This document shows positions 33,120 to 46,073 of a stretch of DNA of 64,000 nt, piece after piece. The notes below the pieces were generated by a model, which saw only the letters and a list, made by a program, of their open reading frames with translations, had not been told where the DNA came from and did not search any database. The translations under genes and the position numbers were made by a program. Origin of the DNA: Saccostrea echinata (Eukaryota); the NCBI RefSeq assembly GCF_033153115.1, contig NW_026889772.1, positions 9,238,001 to 9,302,000 on the forward strand, written 5' to 3'. Position 1 is the first letter of the stretch, and each line of letters opens with the position of its first letter.

Positions 33120-36100
33120 CTACAAGTGTGCTGTCTTAACGAATAAAAGAAATTTTTAATGGGCATTGATAATTGCATTATTTTATATATGTTACTGTTT
33201 GTTAAACAAAGCTTGCTCTTTCACCTTTATACGTTTAAGGAAATAAATATTTCTACCACCATATATTTCTTTTCCAAACAAAGGAATTCTTTCGTCACCG
33301 TTTCCCAAGGTTAAGCAATATATACACATTAGAGATATTTATAATCCGATGAACGTCCTAAACATCAATGTAAGACAAACTCTGATGCACGAAAAGATCA
33401 TAATAACCAATAAAACCCTCTTCAAGTGACGTGAAGCAATATTGCAAATCTCGACTGTACAAAAGTCAACTACAAATTAGATAAAACTGGATTAAATTCA
33501 CAGCAATATTTAAAAAAACATCCTTGTCTATAGTCTCAGACTCAGGGATCTGAATGAAAAGGGGAGATTTAAACATTTTTTTTTAAATCTGCCGAGATTT
33601 AAGTGAGTGGAAATGATATAAACACTCTAAGCATAGTTACCATTAAGCATGTGAATAGAAATGGTGGGGGGGGGGGGTTCTATTTAAATGATGTTGCTGC
33701 ACATAAACATTACAATACTGGAAAAGCAATATTTCTAAGATATTCGTAAATATCGTAAAACGACTCTAAACTTTTATTTACGCATATAGACATGTAATTG
33801 CATGTTGTATAGAACATTAAGTGCGTGATTCATTCTTTAAAAGGGAACTGGATTTTATTCACTGTTAAGCCTTGCCGTGTTTCACTATCGGCAAAGACAA
33901 CTGAAGTACCTTGTAGATTGGAAATAAAAACAATGTCAAATAGATTCAATAAAATGTACATGGACCAGACAAACAAGGCGGCAAACATAACCCTTCGTAC
34001 AAGGGAGGCAAATAATTTAGGGAAAATATTTAAGATAAAACGTCTCTTGTGTACTAAATTGCTTTGGGTTCGTATCTGTGTAGTTTTGGTTTCTATATTG
34101 TCCATTTTGATAACGAAATCTTAAAGTTACACGAAAATAGCGTCCTTTGAAAAAATGACAATATTTTTATAAATGCCATTGCTGTTGAGTTTAAATTGAT
34201 TCCCCATGAAGTCAAAAATCCTTTTACACTCTTTCCCCTCTCGATTAAAGTATTACCTAATTTCTAAGCATTATATCTACAAGTAGATAGATGTTTGAAC
34301 AGTTCTAACTAATTGTATCTTATTTACCATAGTATTAGAAGAAAATCTACAAAATGCTCATCCGTAGACATATTTTGGTATATGGACCAAAATTTTTTCT
34401 AAAACTGTTTTCTGAATTGACGTTCGTTTTCAATAAAGTAAATAGCAAAGAATGGGACTAGAATATTTCATAACAGTTCATGAATTAAAAAAGGGATAAC
34501 TAAGGAGAGAAAATCAAATTTATTATCATCAAATACATATATTCTGTCACCAAGTGAGATTTAAATGTACTTGTGGTTTTTGAAAAAATACCCACTCGAT
34601 GAATTTAGCACCTTTTCCGGAAATCCCTATTCGAAGTGAATGAATCAACGTTTTTCACGATTAGCTTTCCCTTAAAAGTGTCCTTTATAACACATCTATA
34701 GCTATTTCCTGTTCATATTAGGGGAAAAAAAACCTTGATCGAATCAAAAAGGGCATAAAATCTTACTTTAACAGCTTTTTAAGCCGAACTTGACAGTGAA
34801 TAAAATCCATGAAAGTCGAGGAACATTTCATTTTCAACCATACAACAGGCCCGTTGGAAGCAATTTCACTTTGAGGGGGCACAACCTTACATTTTCAGTT
34901 GAGGGGGCACTATCGACTACCAAAATTCCTTGACAAGCAAAAAAAAAAAAAAAAAAAAAAAAGGTCATCAGACGTTATTATTGAGGGGGCACAAGCATGT
35001 AGTAGCTATGTTTTCTATAGTATTCTATATATCGGCAAAATTATTGGGGGGGGGGGGGCACGCCCCCCCCCCGGTTCCTACGGCCATGTACAATACAATG
35101 TATCTGTAAATGATTGTTCTTATTTTTCTTGACTTTTACTAACTGAATGATATGCACTAATTTAAAGTAAATCTCATATTCAAAAATATTTTTAAAAGAA
35201 AATAATTAATATATTTTGAAATTTACCAAATGACAAAGGATCAGGGTAAGAGATTAGAATGTTTCTTTTAATTGTGATTAAATATGCAAAAATACTGTTA
35301 AGAATTTGTGCAGCGGTTTAAAAAGTGTAAAATGAAATAATAATTAACGTGTCACTCCTTACAAAATCAATTATCTACATTTCCCCTGATGTTGTTTATT
35401 CACCATAGATTGTAGTGTTTCTTCAGGATTTGCAGTGTTTATTGATTATATTGTATGTTCACCATATCATAGTGTTTATTCACCATATTATAGTGTCAAT
35501 TCACCATATTATAGTGTCAATTCACCATATCATAGTGTTTATTCACCATATTATAGTGTCAATTCACCATATTATAGTGTCAATTCACCATATTATAGTG
35601 TCAATTCACCATAACATAGTGTTTATTCACCATATTATAGTGTCAATTCACCATATTATAGTGTCAATTCACCATATCATAGTGTCAATTCACCATATTA
35701 TAGTGTCAATTTGACATATTATAGTGTATATTCAAATAGTATATATATAAATGGACCCTTTGGTCATTTCAAGTTTGCTAAATATCAAAGGAATTAAATG
35801 TTTTCTTTTTCTCTTACATAAATCAGGAGATTGATTGATTGTCGACAAAGATAGCATCTGGTTATAGTGTATTGGAATTATAGCCAATAAAAATACAAGA
35901 GCAATGTTAACTCTGAAAAAGTGAATTCATACCTTATACTCTGTAATTGAACTTTATCTTTAAGTCAAAATAAGTCATTGCTTTAATTCTGATTCAAATA
36001 TTTTAATACTGAATATATGTGTATTTTAGGGCCCTTGCCACAACATACAGTACGTGAAATTGTGAATTTTATAAATGATATACATAGGAAACACCTTAGT

Positions 36101-39100
36101 AAACCAGAATGGCATTTTAGCAATGAAAACATAATTGAAGGTAAGATCACTTTATATTGTATCTGAGGGTTATATTTTACAAAAAAATAGAATATATAAG
36201 GTTAATTGTTATGAAAAATATTGGCGTGTACTCTGTATAAATACATGTAATACAGATGTTTACATATCTGTTTAAATACATAAATAGTTTTTTTAATAAC
36301 ATTAATTAGTCTTCTTTATGTATTATGCCTTATATTCTTTTATGTAAGAAAATATGGTTAAATGCACAATGCACCATTTTTTTTTCAGATATAAATATTC
36401 TTGTAGCAAATTAACCTGACATATTTTCACATATGATCAGTTTATGCTGAAATGCAAAATTAAAGAAATAAGGTCCACTGTTTTAGTAACCACTGATGCC
36501 TTTCCATTGTGCATTAAAACTTTTCTCAATATTCAAATTAAAATTGATTAATTTTCAAATGAAAACGCACCTCGCTATCCATTTATGAAGACAGGTGTGG
36601 AACTTTTTCAATCAATAAACAATGTTTTTTTTAAATAGTTTGGTATATTTTAAGAAAGAAAAAAAAAACATACGCAACACGCAACAGAAAGTTAGATAAT
36701 ATATTAACGCATTATTGAATATAAATCAGATTTATTTTAAATATATTAAATTTTGTTCTTTTCCTGATTTTGTTATAACTAGCATTAAAAAATGTTTCTA
36801 AAACAGTAGGAAGCAATATAAAATACAATACAAAATTACATTCAAGCAAACAAAGTAATACCAAAAATTAAAAACCGCAAAAGACATAAACAGATAGATA
36901 CTCTCAATAATTCTGTCAAATCACTACAAAAATAGCCAAAGACCTATTTTTAAAAATGTATTCATACATGCATATAAAAATTTTAGAAGCAAAATATTTT
37001 TTAAAGTCAAATATGAAGTATCCAGTGAGAGACCACTGGTGACTCTCAGAGGCTATAAAATGTACTTTTCCGTAGAAAACCACAAATTAAAATTCAGAGA
37101 AACAATTAAATGAGCAAAATATCTTTTAATGGATTATGTTGCTACTTTCAAGCCAACCATAAGCTGAAACGCTATCGACAATTGGTCTTGGATTTACTAG
37201 GATTGTCTGTCCCGGACTACACGGCGGCGAGGAAATATGTCAGCTATTGCCTGCACCTTCTGCAGAGCTTCTACAGTAACACGAACTGGATAGAGCTCAA
37301 TGGACAGACTATTTACACAGATTTAGGTAAGTATCAAATATATCAGGATTAAGTCAGCAAATCCTCCGTGTACTTAAGGTGCCTCAATTTCCCTTCATTG
37401 ATAGGATGTAAACTATCCCCTGAATGGTTAAAATATATGAAAGTTTTCTGTAATCTGCACTTTCACTGCACGAAAGACTGAATAACAAAAGTATTTAACT
37501 TTTACCAAGTGTACATTTATGAATGTTCCATGTGATACCTTTTTAATTATCCTAAAGATATAAGCAAAAATGTTAATGTCATATGAAGTTTGTGCAATTG
37601 ATAATTAAATAAAGTTCTTTTTCTAACAAAAAATAAATAATCCCCCTCCCCCATACACCAGAAGTATGCATCAACAAATAGCAATAAATCTTTGGAAATT
37701 TCTTTAAAGGATTACCCGGAAAGCAGCTACTTCCTGTTGCCACGACCGACATGAATACGTGTTTAAGTTGTAGGTAAGAGTAGTAGATCAACAAGGACAT
37801 TTAGCTCCAACAAGAGATGTGCTCAACCACTCAAAATGTTCAAAACTATATCTCTTTAAGTTTATACTACTATAAAGACATGTTCCATTTGATTTTGGAC
37901 CCTTTTAATCACTCTTTATCCTACAAGAGGAAAAGTAAGGGTAGAGCAAGCAGTCTGTAGTTTAAACTGAAGTAGACGCAAATTAAGAGTATTTGATTTG
38001 TTAGTTTACACACCGACGCACAATTTATCTTAAAATTATGTGACGTCAAATTCTGCCCTTTCTCCCAGTACTCAGGAGGACTTGGATGGCTGTGCTGACA
38101 ATTTGATAGATAACGGGATGGTCCTCACCAGTGGTTATCGCTCAGAAATCGACAGTTCTAGCGGGACAGGTGATAATTTTAATAGCAACTTGAAAATACA
38201 GTCAGTTTTGTTTTAGCAACCTCTTCAATATTTGATTAATCATTGTTTTTTGCTCCACTTTACTGACAATTTCTAATATTACATCAAAAGGACAAAAAAT
38301 GTGTAATTAATATACACCGTAGTTATTTATTTACCTAGCAATTTAAAAAAAAATTGCTCAATGAGAGACGATCCGTAATTTTTGCATATATTTCAATAGG
38401 AATGAGTACTTGACACTCTAAATGTATTTCTTATTCAAAGCTACATAGCTAGTGATTCTGATACTTAGACAATTTCTAAAACACCAGACTTCATTAAAAA
38501 AAAAGGGGGGGAAATGTTTAAATAAAATTACGATGTATACAAATTACAGTTTTGCGACATTGACAGCTCTAGCTGTAAAAAAAAAAAATAAGAGAATGTA
38601 TGAGAAGAACGCCTTCGGATATGAAAAAAAAAAAACATGTTGCTCTCTTACAAAGAGAAGTACAATACGTGGACCATAGTCGTGTTTCTAAAAGAAATCT
38701 TTCTTTTCAAAATTCTTATAAAAATATGTGATGTAAAATAAATTGAAAACATGCACATTTTTCATTATGATTAGACGTAAAAGTCTTAATGCTAAAACTG
38801 TAATAGAAATTTAAAAAAGCACTGACCATCAAGTTTAATTACTCGGGTGACAAAATCTGTCATATTCGAGATCTTTCGTAGATGTAATTGTAAATTCTTA
38901 GAATGTTCGTTTACTGATATGCACGCTTTGTGCATGATAGTATGTTGATTTATATGTCTAAATTTATGAACACTTTCTCAAGAAAATCACTCTTTCAAAA
39001 TACATCAACTACATTTATAAAGCATTGTAAAATATAATAATTTCACTGAAATGATATCCTGGTAGTAACGGAAATGGAGGTAAAGTCAGGGAAATGTTCG

Positions 39101-42100
39101 CATGGCGGCCCTTACAGTTCATCTACGGACCATACGGTGAGAGGAGGGATAAATAAAGAGACAACAGATCCACAATATTCCCCTCATTACAGCCTTCACA
39201 AAGACGCAGCTTTAGCCGCAATAGAACACACAAGATACTTTTTCAATGATAAAGGTTTGTCTATCGAGATTTTAAAAATATAACATTGGCCTGAAAATTA
39301 GATCGTAGACCATACCTTTTGTATTTTTCAGCAATACAAAACTGCAGCATTAAACTTTGTCTCTCTAAATATTATTAGAAATGATTTTATTATGCAGTGC
39401 AATGTCAATGTAAATCAAGACACTCCTCAAACAAAGTACACGTATAAAGAGAATGCCTTTTCTTTCAGAAAATGGTTTAATAAAACATATCGGCTTGTGG
39501 AAACTCAAAAATCTTCTAGAAACAATCAAAGAACAAACTTTGATATTTGTCATAGACACGTCTCCTGATATGAAAAGAGAGGTTGAATCCATTAAGAAAG
39601 TCATTCAGGCTGCAGTACAAGATATGATGTCATCTCGGACCAGTTATCACTTTATGCTGGTAACTGTTGGCAAAGTCGGTACTTATTTATTCTGCATTAT
39701 TGCCTTCCTTTCTAATCACAGCACAATATAACATACTCTAAATAGTAGCCATTTTTGTTTTCTTATCCTCAGATTTATTATCAAAATTACATTGCATCTA
39801 ATGTCATTACGCTGAAGTTAGAACTCTCAGTCATTCGGATAACGATCCATTCCGTTTCAAATTGTAGTCAGCAGCATTCAAATGGAAAATTATGCCAACC
39901 TTTTTGGTGTGCTGAAGGCAGTAGATAATATTACATATGAATCACAGCAGAACTGTCATAAACCGATACTACACACAATACAGAAAGGTACGTTAAAGGT
40001 AATTTCAAATATATATCAACAAAGAGTAGAGAAGGAAATAAAAAAAGAAAAAAATCTAAACAACAGGCAATAAAGAAGGATAGGTTAAGGACAGACGATA
40101 CGTTCCTCAATAATACATACATTTTTTTTGAGATTTTGTCATTGAAGTATTGCTACTTTGACATGTTTATTCACAAAAAATTGAGGTGCCTTACCAGGCA
40201 TTTGTGCAAGATACCAGAGGGTAGTTTTCTTATATAATGCATTTGGAAAAAAATTAATTTGCAAATATCAAATTTTTTAGTGTTTGGATTTTTTAAGGAC
40301 AATTAGAAACTGGTTTAGAAATCAGAATGTAATTAAAATTTTGAATATTTTTCATATATTACGAGGATATACATAACAGATATTTGAGGAACGTATCGTC
40401 TTAAAAACCTTAAAGAAAAAAATACAGAATCAGGTCTATCTTTCTTTGCTTAAAGAATGTAGTTTGCATCTTTAAAGTTACCTGTTTTCCGTCTTTTAGT
40501 TTCAGATGTTGCTCCAAGGTCGTCAAGGATGTTCGTTTTCACTGATTCCTCTCCTGATAAGAAAAGTTTTCATAAAAATGAAATTGAAGCCAAGAAGATA
40601 GTCATAAATTTTTACCTTATGGGGTCATGTCACCGTCGAATAACGTCCTTTAGACAAAATCTTTACAATCGCTATGGGAAAGGTAAGAATCAGATGAAGT
40701 TGTACATGTAAGCTTTATGAACATCGTTAGAAGAAGATATATTTAATATAAAAACAGAGAGGGAAGCCATTAATGTAATATTCACTGTACCAAATATATT
40801 TAAGTATAAGTCTCTGTAATTGAATTAAAATTTGCAAAGTATCGAGCTTGAGCAATATCGTAATAATCTTGTTATCATAAATATTACAGACACTCGCCGA
40901 GGACGAAGCGCTTTCACAGTTCCTTTAAGCTTCCGGCAGATTGCTAGTAATTCTGGGGGACAAATCTACACCGGATCAGCATCATTAAATCTATTAAATA
41001 TTGTGAGTGATTGCGAATTCAAAATGAACTATGAAACTAGAATGATTACAATTATCACTTTAAACTCATTTAAATTTACTGTTTTCAAAATATGCATGAT
41101 TTAGATATTGAATTTGAGTGCTAAAAACGTGTGACACATTTTTACTTTCATACTATTAATTAATATTGTCATTTTATTTAGGCATCTTCTCTTGACCCTG
41201 AGGTAAAAATTTTAAAGTTGGATTTCCCGGGTGGACAGGAAGGTTTTAGCACCTTGACCATTCCATCTGATGTTACTGTCACCAAGCTGATCATTCAGAT
41301 CGATGGAATCACAACTTTACCTTCAGCCAGATTAAAAGATCAATATGGTATCGATATTTGGGTTTATTTTTGCTTTCATTGGTTTGAAAAAGTATCAGAA
41401 ACTTTTCGTTCGTTGGCGGACATAATGTACGCATCTAAATGTATTCATGTTTTTGTTAAAAAAAACAATAAAGATCAGGTAAATGCACAACGGTAATATA
41501 CTTTTTTGGTTTTCTACAGATATGTTAAATCATTTTAACACTTGTTTTTTGTCATTTTAGGTAATTTATTGATTGCTGGATCTAATGGACAAACGAATGT
41601 CACAGAAACAGATACTGGCACCACGACCATAAAGGAAATCATTGTAAGTGAGCACAGTAACTAATTATGTTCAGTGACATGGATAAATCTTTTAAAAAAG
41701 AAAATGATTGGCTTTTCACATGCTTTATTGATTGATTCATTGATTGTATGTTGTTTTACGCCCCGTTGAAGAATTTTTCACTCATATAGAGACGTCACCA
41801 CACACCGGTGAAGGGCTTCAAATTTAGACCTAGTGCCATTGAGTTGTGAGGGATCTTTATTATGCAAGCGCCTGCCTCGGTACTTAAGGTCTCATTCGAA
41901 GGACCGCAACTTTCACTTCAAAGTGCCAAACGCTTGGCGAAGGAACAGTTGCTACCTATTTTATCGACTTAGATCAGTCGCGGTCGTGATTCGAACACAC
42001 GACCTTCCGATCACGGAGTGAGCGCTCTACCGACGGAGCTACCGTTACGGTTTCACAGGCTTTAAATTAATTATACTTATTATGAATAATTTGTTTCTTC

Positions 42101-45100
42101 TTTCAGAATCCTAAACCAGGTCTTTATTCTCTCGAAAAAAATATTTATATATTCTGGAAGGTCGAAGTAAAGGCGGTTAGTGAATTAGATTTCACGGCCC
42201 AGCTCATGAAGTCTGATGCCAACAGTTACGCTCTGACAGAGATAGAAGGAAGGCCATTAGTGGGTGGGTGTCTTTACAAAAGTTCTAGAAATGAAACAGC
42301 ACAATAGACGTTTTTCCTCATTATTGCCCAAAATAAAATCGAAGAAAATTTACCATTTACCAGTTATACTAGCTACAGATTTGTAGCTCGCTGATCTAAA
42401 AAAAAAAAAAAAAAAAGGGATGGACGAGGCCATCTTTAAAAAATTGTTTGTTTGCCCTCTCCCGACCGACTGGGTAAAAATGGCCCGATTCATAACTTTT
42501 TTTAAACTCCAGGAAGCAATTATTTTTATGCATTCTGGAAAATAGATTTTTAAAATTCAGAATTGTTTTTGAAATTTTCTTTGAAAAAAATTCTCTCACC
42601 TACCTACCAACTCAATTTTCTCATCCTGAGTCAGAAGAGGGCGAGCAAACATAATTTTTAAGTTGGCCCGACCATGCGAAGATATACAGAGCCACCCATT
42701 AAAAAAGTGTATATTTATTGCGCACAAAAAGTGTGCATATTTCTCTATTTACTTCTCCTTTCTAGATATTATTGACCATGTGTTCCTTACCTATTCTTTT
42801 AATAATTCAAAAAAAAAATATATACCCCACAATCGTTTTAAATAGCCTTCCTGGGTCTGAAATTGAAATCGTCGAAAATTTCGCGTATTTACTCTGTTAT
42901 TCTGGGTGGCATGACAAATCCTTCATATCTACCTGATTTATGAAGTATTTGACATTTCCGATTGAACTTTTGTTGCACCAATCTTGTACACGCCACTATA
43001 TTTGTTCAGATTTTCATATTAGCGGTGAAAAATATTTTACTTTATGAATATTATACAATTTACATTATATTTGGCTAAAAGAATTTTAATTTTTTTGTAT
43101 TTGAAAAAAAATCATCCTGGTAAAAGCCTAATTCAATGGCAACTTATAAAACGATTGGACTACAAATTACTTTGTCACCCAAAATGTCCGTATACAGAGG
43201 CGAAATTTTCGACGGTCATAATTTCAGGCTTAGAGGGTTATTTAAAACTGTTGTAGAGGATGTTTTGTTGCGGAATTTGTAAAAAAAAATGTTAGGAACA
43301 CACGGTTAGTAATTTCTTGAAATGACAACTTATATGTACGGAGAAATAAATCGAGAAACATTTTTGTGCGCGAAATATACACTTTTTTCCAATGAATAGC
43401 TCTCTAGTCGTCTATCCCAATTTTTCAGACCAGCGACTAAAGATCTGCGGCTACTATTCAATATACTACCCTCTTATAATCCCCTCAGTTTTCATCGAAA
43501 TATGAGACAAGGTTAAAAGTACACAAAGGGTTACTTGTGAACATTCAAAATAAACGAGGAGACCACGAATATCAGAGAAACCTATTGCATTGAATTTTGC
43601 TCTTATGTATTTACAAATGCTTTAAGTTTGACGGGCACTTTTTGCGCATAATATAATAATGCGGTATCAAATCCCAATGCACATAATCTTAATATGCTCT
43701 GAATTAGAAAGGATCTCATTTTTTACCATTACTACCATTACCATTACTACAGTTTGATGAGCCTACTTTTAATTTTCAGGTGACAACGTAACTGTTCTAG
43801 TCACGGTAACTTTACCAGATAACGTCACGGGTGTTTCAGACTTAGTTCTTCTGGATGAGAAGGGAACAACTTTGACGAATAGTAAACTACAACCGTACCC
43901 CGGACGCAAGATTGGGGTGTATCACTGCAACGTCATTGTCCCATCACTGGTAGGTTCCACGTTAATGTCTCATTCTTGTCTTTCGTAATTCCCTCATTGA
44001 ATGTTATACCTTCATCATTTTGATGATAGGAAATTATAGAAAATAAGTAATTAATACAGAATACATACAGATACTGTATCCTTGTCAATCAGTAATTAGA
44101 TACTGAAAGAGTTGACAATACATATTAAGAATAGAAGTGTATATGACTTTTTAGGACTTTCAAATAGCTATCAGTGGAGAGGATGGGCTTGCCACACACT
44201 TCAGAAGACTTCACACTAAACTTATCTCCCCTGTGCTTGTCAAACTAGAGATTCTTCCTTTTCCAAGTATGTCAAAATTCGTAGAGATATAATGACATTA
44301 ATAGTACTAAGCAAACAAACTGTTAAAAAATACATGCATTTTAAAACCCTAGTTATTTTTTAATATATTTTTAATAAACGTTATGGGGACTGGTACGAAT
44401 TTTTTGTTTAAATCTCTGATGTTCAGAGTCATCATCTTTCCAGACCCCTTATACACAGGACGAAACTTTATAATCCAGTACACAATAACTAACCAAGGAG
44501 CAGGCATTGCGGAAATAGTAGCCACCATTAAAGATAGTCAACAATTTGGTGTAAGTCCCTTCAACAGGACGCATCAACTAGCAGCAGGTGCAAATGTCAC
44601 AGACATGTTTGTCTTGCATGGAGGATCTACACCTGGAATCACAACGTAATGTCACAGAAGTTAATGATCAATATTTGTAATCAATTATCTTATTAATAGA
44701 TGAAATCATTTGATGTCTTATTATTGTTTGTTTTTTTTTTTAGATTTGTTACTGTAACAGCAGAGCCAATAACATCAGGGAATTCTAATTTTCAATATTC
44801 CACATTTTCCCTAACAACAGAAGATCCCAGTAATAAGGTAGACTAGTCCACCAGTCCATACGATTTATTTTTGTTCTNNNNNNNNNNNNNNNNNNNNNNN
44901 NNNNNNNNNNNNNNNNNNNNNNNNNNNNNNNNNNNNNNNNNNNNNNNNNNNNNNNNNNNNNNNNNNNNNNNNNNNNNNNNNNNNNNNNNNNNNNNNNNNN
45001 NNNNNNNCAATAATTCATATTCGAATATTCAATGAAAGTATTCGAATATATTCGAATATTCGATAAAATAAATGAATCTGTTTTATTTTAAATATGCATC

Positions 45101-45988
45101 ATCCGACTCTCATGAAAGGTTTAACGTAGGTATACTTATATTGGAAGTAAAATTGTATGAAGACTTTTGTAGGTGTACAATAAGAAATTCCATTTGATAT
45201 TTGTCAATGTTTGAAATAAATAATTGATTTAAATGTAGAAAAGTATAATTTTAACAAATGAAACGTGTGTATTTATAGTAGCTCCAACTGAGGAACCAGT
45301 CGTCTTACAAAAGGCAAGATAGTCGTAATGGTATACTATTCAGATTTCAATACGTGTAATAAATTACAATTATCTGCCTGAAAAGAGATATGATTATAAT
45401 CTTTGATACAATGTAAAGCAGTATTTCCATAGACAATTTTCCTAGGTAATTAACTAATTTCCCGATAATGAATATAAAATTCAGGATTATGTACAACCCG
45501 AGATAATCAAGTAATTTACACATTTATTCTGAAATTAAGCCTTTTACAATATTAATTACAGATTAATTCTATCGGACATTCATTCAATGATCAATTAATT
45601 TTATTTTGATAAGTATACTCTTCAAGCCTTTTAGACATTCTAAGATTTCATTTTGTTGTCCTCGATTCTAGATCCGATCGTATCTAATAAAAACTATGAA
45701 AGTACGTTTTGTATTATACATAAAACATTTTTGTACAATTCTTTAACACCTTACTCAAAACAAAATACATGTAATTTAGTAGATTTATTAGATAAGAAAG
45801 TAGTGAATTAAATTGATCGCTAGTAAATTAAACAGGGATAACTTCAGCACTGTTCTAATCAAAATTTATTAATCACAGTACTTCTTTTTGTGAAATCTGA
45901 AAAACACCGAATATTCGAATCTTATATTCATATTCGAATATCAACTCATCGAATGAATATTCGAATGTTCGAATATTCGTTGCCATCC

Positions 45989-46073
<85 letters not shown>

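Noticed and set aside
32933-33178. YI/IY-repeat ORFs (also near 45873-46087, 52091-52332 and 54608-54884)
   Set aside because: Translations of (TA)n microsatellites.
35415-35714. His-rich IHHIIVS repeat protein
   Set aside because: Translation of an intronic 21-bp minisatellite; non-ATG start and no splice support.
41975-42050. tRNA gene
   Set aside because: The A/B boxes are the head of a SINE whose body and (AATC)n tail recur elsewhere in the window; no complete cloverleaf.
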